Shown here one piece after another: positions 33,129-42,773 of a stretch of 64,000 bases of DNA. Each line of letters starts with the position of its first letter. Within the stretch, counting starts at the first letter, position 1. Origin of the DNA: Fimbriimonadaceae bacterium (lineage in GTDB: Bacteria; Armatimonadota; Fimbriimonadia; Fimbriimonadales; Fimbriimonadaceae); the NCBI GenBank assembly GCA_019638775.1, contig JAHBTD010000005.1, positions 3,345 to 67,344 of the forward strand, in the 5' to 3' direction. The position numbers and the translations under genes were made by a program. Below the pieces are notes generated by a model. That model was not told the origin of the DNA, did not search any database, and worked only from the letters and a program-made list of their open reading frames with translations.

Positions 33129-34001
33129 CTACAGCTTTCGCGAGAGTTGGTCTCGCTGCCCGTGCAAGAGGGCCGAACCATCTTCATAAAGGCTCAGAAC
33201 GCCGTATCCATTGTTAGCCTGTCCAGTTCCCTCCACCACCGCACGGAGCGTCACATAATGCGTTTCGGCGAGCTTGACGTAGGCGTTTTCGTGGGTGTGA
33301 CCTTGGAGCACAATGCGGACGTTCTTGGCATCGTCGATGGCTTGGCGGACCTTCGCAGCGGAGGCAACGCCCGTAGAAGGTCGCGAGGCACCTGTCCAGT
33401 CGATCCGCTGATGGACGCAGACGAGCACATGCTTCTTGGTGTTTGAGAGCTCTTGCCTCAGCCAGTCGATCTGCCAATCGGGAATGCTGGTGTCGGTCCA
33501 CACGAAGTTTCCGGCATCGTAGGGGGTGCCGTCGGCTTTGTGGCAAGCGTCGAGGATGATCGCTTTCCAGTGGTCGAGTTCCAGCGTCGTGTGCCCGGTC
33601 TTCTGTCCGACGGCTTGCAGGAAGTCTGCTCGCTTGACCTTGGCGAGGCAGTGGTTGCCGAGCGTGAATCTCTGCACGGGCGACATCTGGCTAATCTCCC
33701 CAAGAGCCGCCTTCAGAAATCGCATTTCGTCTTCGGCTGTCGCCTGGTCGGCGGAGTCGATGAGGTCACCCAGCTCGATGAGAGCGTCGATCTTTTCGGT
33801 CTGGAAGTGCTGTCGCGCCTCTTCGATTTTCGGGAGAGACTCTCGGTAGAAGCGGGTGCCCCGGGCGGGGGCGTCGGCGTAATGGATGTCGGTGAGGAGG
33901 CCGATCCTTTGGGGCGCGACGGGCAACCAGGAGGCGGCCTTGGACCAGGGGGCGAGGAGCAGGGCTCCGCTGGATATTAGGAGATCGCGTCGGGTTAGCA
34001 T
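33129..34001 (-). CDS. Tat-signal metallophosphoesterase
   Basis: MLTRRDLLISSGALLLA twin-arginine leader. Metallophosphoesterase motifs DIHY, GDLID, GNH and GHTHEN. Confidence 0.8.
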   Translation of the reverse strand: MLTRRDLLISSGALLLAPWSKAASWLPVAPQRIGLLTDIHYADAPARGTRFYRESLPKIEEARQHFQTEKIDALIELGDLIDSADQATAEDEMRFLKAALGEISQMSPVQRFTLGNHCLAKVKRADFLQAVGQKTGHTTLELDHWKAIILDACHKADGTPYDAGNFVWTDTSIPDWQIDWLRQELSNTKKHVLVCVHQRIDWTGASRPSTGVASAAKVRQAIDDAKNVRIVLQGHTHENAYVKLAETHYVTLRAVVEGTGQANNGYGVLSLYEDGSALLHGQRDQLSRKL

Positions 34002-34004
34002 GAC

Positions 34005-35117
34005 CTAAAACATGATGACCGACCGGATCACATCGCCGGTCTCCATCTCGTGAAATGCGTCTTCGACCTCTTCAAGCTTAATCTTTCGCGTGACCATGCG
34101 GTCCAGTTCCAACTCACCTTTTAAGTACATGTCGGCGAGCATTGGGAAGTCGTAAGACGGCAAGGTGTCGCCGCAGTGGCACACGCGCAGACCCGCCTTG
34201 TTCCAGTACACACCGGTCGCCATGTCGCCGAGGTTGAGGTTCACCGAGTCGGTCTGCGCAGGGAAGCCGATGGTCGTCGCCGTGCCGCCATAGCTGAGCA
34301 TCTTGATCGCCTGCTCGGTGCTGGCGGGGATGCCGGTGGCCTCGAAGGCGTACTCCACGCCGCCGTCCCAACCATCGTCGGTGAGCTTGCGGACTTCGGC
34401 GACCGCGTCTACCTCTTTGGCATTGACGGTGTGGGTCGCGCCGAAATCCTTCGCCCAGCCGAGCTTGACCGGGTTGATGTCCACGGCGATGATCTGTCGG
34501 GCTCCGGCGATCTTCGCACCCTGAATGACACTGAGGCCCACGCCGCCACAGCCGATGACCGCGACTCGTGAGCCGCGATGGACGGGGGTCGTGTTCAGCG
34601 CCGCGCCGACTCCGGTGATGACGCCGCAGGCGATGAGGCAAGCTTTGTCCAGCGGCATCTTGTCGGGCATCTTGATAGCGGCTTTGGCGTGGACGACGGT
34701 ATGGGTGGCAAACGTGCCGCAGCGCAAAACTTGGGAGCACACGGCGCCGTCGGAAGCGCGCTTGATGCGGGGGCCTGGGCGCAGGGCCATGTAGCACCGG
34801 CGGGGGTCGCCGCGCAGGCAGGCGGGGCACTGCTCGCAGGGGGCGCGGTAGGCGATCACGACGGGGTCGCCGGGTTTGAGGTGGGTGACCCCTTCGCCCA
34901 CTTCTTCGACATAGCCCGCGCCTTCGTGGCCCAGCACGATCGGGAACTTCATCCCGTTGCCGTGGAGCATCTTCACCGTGAGGTCGGTGTGGCAGACGCC
35001 ACTGGCGACCAGCCGGATGAGGACCTCATTGCGCTCGGGCGGGTCGATGGTGATGTCGCGAACGACGGCGGGCGCGCCTGGCTCTTCGAGGATCGAGGCT
35101 TTTCCTTGGATGGGCAT
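34005..35117 (-). CDS. Zinc-dependent alcohol dehydrogenase (class III-like MDR)
   Basis: GVCHTDL, GHEGAGYVEEVG, structural-zinc CEQCPACLRGDPRRC and Rossmann VIGCGGVG. Confidence 0.85.
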   Translation of the reverse strand: MPIQGKASILEEPGAPAVVRDITIDPPERNEVLIRLVASGVCHTDLTVKMLHGNGMKFPIVLGHEGAGYVEEVGEGVTHLKPGDPVVIAYRAPCEQCPACLRGDPRRCYMALRPGPRIKRASDGAVCSQVLRCGTFATHTVVHAKAAIKMPDKMPLDKACLIACGVITGVGAALNTTPVHRGSRVAVIGCGGVGLSVIQGAKIAGARQIIAVDINPVKLGWAKDFGATHTVNAKEVDAVAEVRKLTDDGWDGGVEYAFEATGIPASTEQAIKMLSYGGTATTIGFPAQTDSVNLNLGDMATGVYWNKAGLRVCHCGDTLPSYDFPMLADMYLKGELELDRMVTRKIKLEEVEDAFHEMETGDVIRSVIMF

Positions 35118-35156
35118 ATCGAGATAATAGCAAGTTTGCGGGGTCGAATCGAAGCC

Positions 35157-35696
35157 TTATCTCGGCCCGCTCATATAGTAGATCGTGCCCTCCTTATCCG
35201 CTAAGAAGCCAGCACCTGTATCAATTTCCTGATCGGATAAGGAGAGGCCCATGCTGAACTCTCCTGGGGGCTTTGAACCCGGAACCCTTAGCCATATATT
35301 CACTTCACGAGTGGGAGTGTCCCAGAGGTGGGGCGCCTTCTGAAGGGTTTGAGCAAGGACCTTGGCAACAGGGTAGCTCCCTATGGACTCCGTGTGTCTT
35401 TGGAAGTTGATTTCTTTCACCTTGCCGTTTTTAAAGGTCATTTGCAGTTTGAACGCTAAGCGTTCGGTGGCTCGGTCTGTGCCAGCAAGGCGAAGGGAAT
35501 TGGCGTCTTCGACAGCTTTGATCCTCAATCCGGAAAAGAGACAATTCTGTTCTTCGAGAAAGCGGAATGCCTGCTCGTACCTGGCCTCGGTCTGCTTTCT
35601 CATTGGTGGAGGAGGCCAGAACACCCAGCAAACCACGATCCCAACGAGGAGACCAATACTTAGCTGGAAGCGGTGTTGGCGAATGAAAGCTCTCAC
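35157..35696 (-). CDS. N-terminally membrane-anchored hypothetical protein
   Basis: 179-aa ORF with a single TM (LSIGLLVGIVVCWVFW). No recognisable domain. Confidence 0.55.
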   Translation of the reverse strand: MRAFIRQHRFQLSIGLLVGIVVCWVFWPPPPMRKQTEARYEQAFRFLEEQNCLFSGLRIKAVEDANSLRLAGTDRATERLAFKLQMTFKNGKVKEINFQRHTESIGSYPVAKVLAQTLQKAPHLWDTPTREVNIWLRVPGSKPPGEFSMGLSLSDQEIDTGAGFLADKEGTIYYMSGPR

Positions 35697-35773
35697 GGTG
35701 GGTTGCCTTGCCGTCAGTTGTTGAATTCATTGTAGCGGGCACTATCGCCGGACAAGATAGGTAAATTGGGATT

Positions 35774-37288
35774 GTGGCAAAGTCGATTTATCTGATTCTC
35801 GCCCTAGCTGGGCTGGGTGCGTCGTGGGCATGTGTGGGCAGTACAGAGGGCAACCAAGATTCGGAGGGCCTTCATGACAACTCTTCTATTAGCAGCGCGG
35901 GCAAGGGCCAGCAGCAAAGGGGAGTCAACGTCACCCGGCTCTATAACGACACTTGCGGCAAATGCCACGGCATGAACGGTGAGGGCGGCGGCGCGGGAAC
36001 CAAGACCCTGCTTACCCAAGAGAAGTTTGATCAGAAGCACGACAAGCCGTTCTTTGACGCGATCAAGAACGGCGTCATCGACATGGGCATGGAGTCGTAT
36101 GGCGAAACGATGTCCGACCAAGAGATTTGGGCGATGGTCGTGCATATTCGCGAGCTCCAATACAAGGCTCTGCGCGCTGAAAATGGCGGGCCAAAGGCCA
36201 CCAACGGCGTGTACAAATCCAAGTACCACGACTACAAGATCGAGACAGTGGTTGACCGAGAGCAAGGGTTGCGCACGCCGTGGGCTTTGGACTGGCTGCC
36301 AGACGGCCGCATGATTGTCACGAACCGGCCTGGAAAGTTGGTGGTGGTGAAGGACGGGAAGGTGCAGTCGGAGGTTTCGGGCATTCCCGATAGCGTTGAA
36401 ATTGGGCAGGGCGGGCTGATGGATGTGGCGGTGCACCCCGATTACGCCAAGAACGGCTGGATCTACTTAAGTTACACGGAGCCAGCTGGAGCGGGCGCAC
36501 GAGGCGGCATGACGAAGGTCGTTCGCGGAAAGCTCAGCTTTGATGGCGCTCAGGCAAAGTGGGTCAGCCAGCAGACGATTTGGGAGACCGAGCAGCAGTA
36601 TTACAGTGGTTCGGGCGTTCACTTCGGCTGCAAGATCGTTTTCGACGGCAAGGGGCATGTCTTCATTGGTGTTGGCGAGCGTGGCACGAACATGCGCGTC
36701 CAAGACATCACCACGCCTTACGGCAAGGTGATGCGGGTGAATGAGGATGGGTCGGTGCCGAAGGACAATCCCTTTGCGAGCACCAAAGGCGCAGAGAAGG
36801 TGTGGACGACCGGACATCGCAACCCGCAAGGCTTGGCGTTGGACCTTGAGGGACGGCTTTGGGATACGGAGCACGCTCCGCGCGGCGGCGACGAGCTGAA
36901 CCAGATCGTCAAGGGCGAGAACTACGGCTGGCCGGTGATTAGCTTTGCTATCAACTACAACGACTCGCCGTTTGTGACGCCTTGGCCAAAGCCGGGGCAA
37001 AACTTTAAGATGCCGATTTTCCGATGGCTGCCGTCGAATGCGGCGAGCGGGCTCGATGTTCATAAGGGGCAGGCTTTTCCGCAGTGGAAGGGTGATCTCT
37101 TTGCCGGTGGCCTTGCAGGGCAAGACCTTGACCGTATTCGGATTGGAAAGGACGGGCAGTTGGCTGAGCGGGAAGAACTGGTTTGGGGGATGGGGCGCGT
37201 GCGGGACGTGATGTGCGGGCCGGATGGCTATGTGTATCTGGCGCTGAATCAGCCGGACATTATTGTGCGGCTTGTGCCTGCGAAGTAG
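35774..37288 (+). CDS. PQQ-dependent sugar (glucose/sorbosone) dehydrogenase with N-terminal cytochrome c domain
   Basis: Signal peptide and one CxxCH (CGKCHGMNGEG). Beta-propeller GSDH motifs follow (GHRNPQGLA, RGGDELN, NYGWP). Confidence 0.85.
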   Translation: MAKSIYLILALAGLGASWACVGSTEGNQDSEGLHDNSSISSAGKGQQQRGVNVTRLYNDTCGKCHGMNGEGGGAGTKTLLTQEKFDQKHDKPFFDAIKNGVIDMGMESYGETMSDQEIWAMVVHIRELQYKALRAENGGPKATNGVYKSKYHDYKIETVVDREQGLRTPWALDWLPDGRMIVTNRPGKLVVVKDGKVQSEVSGIPDSVEIGQGGLMDVAVHPDYAKNGWIYLSYTEPAGAGARGGMTKVVRGKLSFDGAQAKWVSQQTIWETEQQYYSGSGVHFGCKIVFDGKGHVFIGVGERGTNMRVQDITTPYGKVMRVNEDGSVPKDNPFASTKGAEKVWTTGHRNPQGLALDLEGRLWDTEHAPRGGDELNQIVKGENYGWPVISFAINYNDSPFVTPWPKPGQNFKMPIFRWLPSNAASGLDVHKGQAFPQWKGDLFAGGLAGQDLDRIRIGKDGQLAEREELVWGMGRVRDVMCGPDGYVYLALNQPDIIVRLVPAK

Positions 37289-37314
37289 GGTTGGTGCGGC
37301 GGTTGCTGCCTTTA

Positions 37315-37339
37315 TCCTCAACCCTTTGGGAGGGTTGAG
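37315..37339. terminator. Perfect 10-bp hairpin CCTCAACCCT-TTGGG-AGGGTTGAGG between convergent genes
   Basis: Read directly. It lies between the stops at 37288 (+) and 37365 (-). There is no strong U-tract, so terminator function is tentative. Confidence 0.4.
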
Positions 37340-37364
37340 GAATGGAAATGGGGACCCAAATGAG

Positions 37365-38327
37365 TTACTGCTGTTGCTGTTGAGTTTGGGTTCGGGCCTG
37401 ATCGTCGATCATCTGTGGGGCGCGAGATGGGATCTTGGCAAACACAGGAAGGTCCAAGCTGCCAAAGGAGTTTCGTAGCTCATTCACTGCCATCCTCTCC
37501 GTGATCGACGTGCGCACAGACGCCGTTAGAACTTCCGTTGCACTGCCTCGATAAACGCCCTTGTTTGGGGGCACGTCGTCGTAGTTCCGTCCGTGGGCGA
37601 CCACGACGTATCGCTCGTCAGGGACGCATTGGTTCGTCGGATCGTAGGGCATCCATTCGCCGGTGGGCGTTAAAAACTCAACCCAGGCGTGGCTTTCGGA
37701 GGCGACCTCTCCCTCACGGAAGACGTGCAGATAGCCGTTTACATACCGCGCCGGAACGCCCTTCAGGCGGAGTAAGCCGATCATGATTTGGGCGATGTCT
37801 TGGCAGACACCCGCCTTATGCTTTAGGGCATCTTCAACGGTAGAGTTGTACTGGGTGACCACGGGGTTGTAGGTGATCTCATTTTCGATCAGGTGGGCAA
37901 TCTCCTCGGCGATCTTGCCCACAGGCTCGCCACTCTTGCTTTTGAGCTTCGATGAGAATTTGAGCAAGCTCGGCGAATCTTTGATGGGCCCGCCAAACAG
38001 CAAGAAGTCTTTTTCGGTTGTAAAGCCTTCGGTATGGAGCGGCTCGGTCGGCAGATCTTCGAGGTTGCAAGCAGCGGGCTGGGTTTCTACAATAGAGCGG
38101 GCAAGAACCTCAATCTCCTTGTGGTACTTGGGGATGCCGAAATGGTGGACGGTGTTGCCCAGCCAGTCGGTGAAGGTATGGACCTTCGTGGGCGGTCCAA
38201 CAGCCAGAAAAAAGCTACGCACGATCTGCTGACGTGTGCTTTTGGGTTCAATCCAAAACTCCATCCACGATTCGCTGATGAAATCGGAATACTTAAACTG
38301 GATACGGTGTTCTATTTCGAGGGTCAT
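37365..38327 (-). CDS. Transglutaminase-like cysteine peptidase family protein (with Bact_transglu_N)
   Basis: N-terminus MTLEIEHRIQFKYS... Catalytic triad context GVCQD, SHAWVEF and YDPTN. Confidence 0.85.
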   Translation of the reverse strand: MTLEIEHRIQFKYSDFISESWMEFWIEPKSTRQQIVRSFFLAVGPPTKVHTFTDWLGNTVHHFGIPKYHKEIEVLARSIVETQPAACNLEDLPTEPLHTEGFTTEKDFLLFGGPIKDSPSLLKFSSKLKSKSGEPVGKIAEEIAHLIENEITYNPVVTQYNSTVEDALKHKAGVCQDIAQIMIGLLRLKGVPARYVNGYLHVFREGEVASESHAWVEFLTPTGEWMPYDPTNQCVPDERYVVVAHGRNYDDVPPNKGVYRGSATEVLTASVRTSITERMAVNELRNSFGSLDLPVFAKIPSRAPQMIDDQARTQTQQQQQ

Positions 38328-38333
38328 CTCGGC

Positions 38334-39296
38334 TTATAACTCCTGGTCGGGGCTTGTCATGGCCTCGTGCACTCGTGTAAGCGTATCGAGGGAATCGTTA
38401 ATAAATTGAGTGATGTCCTTACGGTCGAGAATCTCTTCTTGATCGTATTCGAGCGTCGCCGCGAGCTTTCCGATTTCGCGCGTTGCGGACTTTACTCCTG
38501 GTCCGTGTGGCGGCAATTGTTTGAGGTAGCCAAGCATTCGCCGCACGCCGCAGTTGACGGTTCTCGGTGCGCCAGGATGAAAGACGAAGAACTCCAAGAC
38601 ATTGCGTCGCTCAAATCGCGGACCGTACATCTGGCGGTAGTTTTCCAGCGATGCGAGGTTCGACAGCAGACTACGCCACCCGGCAAAGTGAAGCGGTGAG
38701 GCGGTGTCTTCGGAGGGGACTTCCAAGCTTGGGAGTCTTGCGCCAAGGACGATGAGCGTTCGTTGGGTGCGCTCCATCGCTTCGCCGAATTTGTGATAAC
38801 ACCAGCCTTGGTCGCGGGTGAGCGTATGTTCAATCGCGCCTAGCGTTGTGAGCAAATCCCGTTGGCAAGCCGCGACCGCTTCCAGGGCGTGGCCTTCATC
38901 CCGGTACTTCCTCCCCCCAGGACGCTGCAGCCCTCGGTAAGCGTGGTTCAGGTTGTAGATCACCTCGCGCGTCATGGTTTCGGAGACGGCACGGGCGTTT
39001 TCTCGGGCCTTGGCGACGCTTGAAATCACCGACACCGGGTTCTCAGTGTCGAGCAAAAAATAGTTCAAGTAGCGCAGGCAAACGTCGGACTTCGGAGTTG
39101 TCTTGATGTTGTGCCCTTCGGGAACAGGGAAGCAGTGGGTAAGGAAATTCCACTCTTCATTCGCCCGATCATTGTCTAGTCCGGAAAGTTCAATGTAGAA
39201 CTCACTGGCCACTTTGAGCTGGCGCCCGCTGTTTTCGGCCCGCTCTAGAAAGCGGCCCATCCAATAGAGATTGTGTGCAACGCGTGACAGCAGCAT
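38334..39296 (-). CDS. Alpha-E domain protein (DUF403)
   Basis: MLLSRVAHNLYWMGRFLERAEN... is the alpha-E N-terminal signature. 1-nt gap to the upstream ATP-grasp gene. Confidence 0.85.
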   Translation of the reverse strand: MLLSRVAHNLYWMGRFLERAENSGRQLKVASEFYIELSGLDNDRANEEWNFLTHCFPVPEGHNIKTTPKSDVCLRYLNYFLLDTENPVSVISSVAKARENARAVSETMTREVIYNLNHAYRGLQRPGGRKYRDEGHALEAVAACQRDLLTTLGAIEHTLTRDQGWCYHKFGEAMERTQRTLIVLGARLPSLEVPSEDTASPLHFAGWRSLLSNLASLENYRQMYGPRFERRNVLEFFVFHPGAPRTVNCGVRRMLGYLKQLPPHGPGVKSATREIGKLAATLEYDQEEILDRKDITQFINDSLDTLTRVHEAMTSPDQEL

Positions 39297-39297
39297 A

Positions 39298-40731
39298 TTA
39301 GGCTTGTTCTCCTATCACCCAAGTGTCTTTGCTTCCCCCACCTTGACTGGAGTTGACGACGTAAGAGCCCTCGCGCAGAGCGACTCTGGTGAGTCCTCCG
39401 GGCAAGACGCGGATTCGATCCCCATAGACCACAAACGGCCTGAGGTCGACCCGTCGAGCTTTATACTCCCCATCGAGGTAGGTTGGGTGAGCGGAGAGCT
39501 GAATAAGCGGCTGGGCAATGTAGTGGTCTGGATCGTCCTTGATCTTCTTTGCGAATTCCTCGCGCTCAGCTTGGGTTGCCATCGGCCCCATGAGCATTCC
39601 GTAGCCGCCCGCTCCGTCGGTCATCTTGACGACGAGCTTGTCAAGGTTCTCAAGCATGTATTTGCAGTCCTCAGCGAGGAAGCCTTTGTACGTTGGAATC
39701 TGCTCGATGATGGGCTCTTCATCCAGGTAGTAACGGATGACGTCGGGAATGAACGGATAAACGGCCTTATCGTCGGCGACTCCGGCTCCCGGTGCATTAA
39801 CAATTGCGACGTTGCCTTCGCGGTAAGCATTGATCAATCCTGCGACGCCGAGGATCGAATCGCGTCGAAACACGAGCGGGTCGAGATAAGGATCATCGAG
39901 TCGGCGATAGACGACATCAACCTGTCGGCGGCCTTCGGTCGTACGAACGTAAACGTGGTTTTCTTCGACGACGAGGTCGGAGCCTTCCACGAGCAGCGCG
40001 CCCATTTCCCTGGCGAGGAAGCTGTGTTCGTAGAATGCCGAGTTGGCGCGTCCGGGGGTGAGCACGACGACTAAGCCACGCATCGAGTTTCGCGGCGAAA
40101 CGAACTGAAGGCAGTCCAACAGCATGTCCGGATAGTTTCGGACGGGCGCTACCGAGTATTTCGAGAAAAGCTCGGGAAATGTGCGTTGAAGAATATTTCG
40201 GTTCTCGACGACGTAGGAGACTCCGCTGGGACAGCGACAGTTATCCTCAAGCACAAGGAACTCACCTTGCTCGCCACGGATGAGGTCGGTTCCTACGATG
40301 TGAGTAAAGACATCGTGGGGAGGTGTAATACCCAAAAGCTCACGACGATATTCGGAACGCGAGAATATAAGATCCCACGGTACGACCTTATCGTGCAGAA
40401 TCTGCTGCTTCGAGTAGATGTCCTTTAGAAAAAGGTTAAGGGCTGTGACTCGTTGGATGAGTCCAGCTTCAACCGTTTCCCATTCTTTGGACGTAATGAC
40501 GCGCGGCACGAAGTCAAAGGGGAAGATTTTCTCTTCCCCGTCTTCTTCGCCGTATACGTTAAAAGTGATGCCTTGATTCCGAAGCGAAACATCTTGTAGC
40601 TGCCCCCTTTGGCGTATCTGCTTAGTTGTTAATTTCCCGAGAGCGCTGGTGATCGGAGCGTAATGCGGTCTGGGGACGCCGTTGGAATCGAAGGACTCGT
40701 CAAATCCAGTGAGCTTAGTAGTCCATTCCAT
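39298..40731 (-). CDS. Circularly permuted type-2 ATP-grasp protein (DUF404/DUF407)
   Basis: 477 aa. N-terminal ...VPRPHYAPI...LRNQGITFNVYG... pattern typical of CP_ATPgrasp_2. First gene of the triad. Confidence 0.85.
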   Translation of the reverse strand: MEWTTKLTGFDESFDSNGVPRPHYAPITSALGKLTTKQIRQRGQLQDVSLRNQGITFNVYGEEDGEEKIFPFDFVPRVITSKEWETVEAGLIQRVTALNLFLKDIYSKQQILHDKVVPWDLIFSRSEYRRELLGITPPHDVFTHIVGTDLIRGEQGEFLVLEDNCRCPSGVSYVVENRNILQRTFPELFSKYSVAPVRNYPDMLLDCLQFVSPRNSMRGLVVVLTPGRANSAFYEHSFLAREMGALLVEGSDLVVEENHVYVRTTEGRRQVDVVYRRLDDPYLDPLVFRRDSILGVAGLINAYREGNVAIVNAPGAGVADDKAVYPFIPDVIRYYLDEEPIIEQIPTYKGFLAEDCKYMLENLDKLVVKMTDGAGGYGMLMGPMATQAEREEFAKKIKDDPDHYIAQPLIQLSAHPTYLDGEYKARRVDLRPFVVYGDRIRVLPGGLTRVALREGSYVVNSSQGGGSKDTWVIGEQA

Positions 40732-41007
40732 AAATGTTTTGTGGTGTCCTTAATTATAGCAGATTTAAGCAACTCTTTGCCAGGAGTGAACTTGCGTTAG
40801 GTTCGCGGATGCGGTCCTTTGTGCTCATGTTTTTCGCCGACTGTTGGCTCTCGTGACAGGGAGTTGGCGGGGTGTTCGTCTCATCTTTGAGGGGGTGAGT
40901 TTTGTAGGGTTGATTGGAAGATTTGGAGTGGCGAACATCCGCCGCGTTTGAAAGCGCGAATATATTCTCGCACTCCCATAGATTTCAGCGTTACAATACG
41001 TTCAACA

Positions 41008-42465
41008 ATGAAAACAGTTCGCGAGAAGGTGGCACACCTCTGTCGTCGATTTGGACTTGGTGCGACAATCGCTGATCTTGACCGCTACGAGAAAATGGGT
41101 CTTGACGCGACGATCCGCGATCTCCTCGACTTTAGCAAGCCTGATCCTGCCTATCCGGTTCATGCCTCTGAGTTCTTTTATCAGAAGGACGGCCAAGTCC
41201 AAACCCAGCCAAATCGGGTGACCGCTTGGTGGTTGACGAGGATGGCGCTGACGGACCGACCATCGCGCGATAAGCTGCTCATCTTTTTGCACGATCATTT
41301 CGCGATCAGCGCGTCGAAAATCGAGAGCGGTCCCGTGATGCTCGATCACGTAAGGATGCTTGAGAAAAACATGACGCAGCCGTTTGCGACGCTGCTCGAA
41401 GAGGTCTCGACCGATCCAGGAATGTTGATTTGGCTGGACCTGCGGCTAAGTATAAAAGGTGCGCCAAATGAGAACTTCGCGCGCGAACTGCTAGAGCTGT
41501 TTACGCTTGGAATTGGAAATTACACCGAGAAAGATATTCAGGAAGCAGCAAAGGCTTTGACCGGTTGGGGGTTGAGAAACATTACGGCAGAGCGCGGGCG
41601 CGACGCTCAGCGTGAGGCGTTTAACGATTGGGTCATGAAGGGAACCCCCTTGGTTGCCGCATGTTTTAGCCCCGCACTTTCTGACGAGGGGCCTCACGAA
41701 TTGCTGGGCCAGAGAAAGCGATTCGATCTGTCTTCGACTTGCGATTTCCTCGCGAAGCACCCGACAACTGCCACTTATCTCTGCACAAAGCTCTGGGAGT
41801 ATTACGCTTATCCGCAGCCTGAGAAGAAGGTCGTTGAGCGTCTTGCGAAGGCATGGGTGAAGAGCGAGGGTCGCATCCCCGCAGTGATGCTCGAAATGAC
41901 CAAGATGGATGAGTTTTGGAGCGAGAAGGCCGAGCGAACGATTATCAAGAGTCCGATCGACTATGTCATTCCTGTGGTTCGGCAGGTCATCGATCCTAAG
42001 GCAGTGCTGGCAGATCGCCCTACCGATGCAACGGCTACGACACCCGCGTCTCCCACTATGCTCAACCTTGCGAACACATTGGTTTATCTTTGCAATAAGC
42101 TGGGCATGGCTCCGCTGTATCCGCCAGATGTCGCCGGTTGGAACTGGGGCACGGCTTGGCTCAGCACCTCTACCGTTCTTGACCGGATTAACATGGCCAA
42201 CATTTTTGGTGGCCGGGCAAAGTCTGTGGCCCAGCGTCTTCAGCTAACGGCTCAAGCGAGGGGTGTCTCGGGGGATGAAGGCCTGATACGGCTGCTGGCA
42301 GAAACTTTGGATGTGCCGCTGAGCCCTGAGGATGCGGCTGTCTTGATCGAGATTGCGCAGAAGAACGGGTTAGCTAGGGGTATCGCCAACACCGATGCGA
42401 CTGCCCGGGCGATGCTTCCCATCTTGCGCACCGTCTTTGCGATGCCAGCCTTCCAGATGTGCTAA
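41008..42465 (+). CDS. DUF1800 domain protein
   Basis: FLHDHFAIS and LELFTLGIGNYTEKDIQEAAKALTGWG motifs. ATG 41008 lies inside track ORF 40948-42465. Confidence 0.8.
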   Translation: MKTVREKVAHLCRRFGLGATIADLDRYEKMGLDATIRDLLDFSKPDPAYPVHASEFFYQKDGQVQTQPNRVTAWWLTRMALTDRPSRDKLLIFLHDHFAISASKIESGPVMLDHVRMLEKNMTQPFATLLEEVSTDPGMLIWLDLRLSIKGAPNENFARELLELFTLGIGNYTEKDIQEAAKALTGWGLRNITAERGRDAQREAFNDWVMKGTPLVAACFSPALSDEGPHELLGQRKRFDLSSTCDFLAKHPTTATYLCTKLWEYYAYPQPEKKVVERLAKAWVKSEGRIPAVMLEMTKMDEFWSEKAERTIIKSPIDYVIPVVRQVIDPKAVLADRPTDATATTPASPTMLNLANTLVYLCNKLGMAPLYPPDVAGWNWGTAWLSTSTVLDRINMANIFGGRAKSVAQRLQLTAQARGVSGDEGLIRLLAETLDVPLSPEDAAVLIEIAQKNGLARGIANTDATARAMLPILRTVFAMPAFQMC

Positions 42466-42773
42466 ACCTGCGCCTTGTTGGAGTAGCGCTGCGGGCTCTA
42501 CGGTCCTGTTGGTCTTCTTGGCGTTGAGCAGGGGCCTTAGCGTTGCAGTTTCTCTTGCTTCCTCAGGAATGTTGACGAGTCGCTTAACTCGGACTGAGGA
42601 ACCTGGAGTATCCAACCGAGGTCGAATGGAGCGCGTGTTATTGAGGCACGATTATCCCTCAGCAAAGCCGGTAATTATGCGGGCTCAATAACTCTGCCTT
42701 CCTGTTAGACTGGTTTTGCACGGCAATCTTACCGAGCGCCGTTGTACTTGTTTTGACTGGTTTGAGGGAGTAT

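Noticed and set aside
42711-42726. Sigma54-like element TGGTTTTGCACGGC upstream of the PEP-CTERM gene
   Set aside because: The GG-to-GC spacing is 9 nt rather than the canonical 10, and the TGGCAC/TTGCW consensus is poorly matched. No enhancer-binding-protein gene is nearby.
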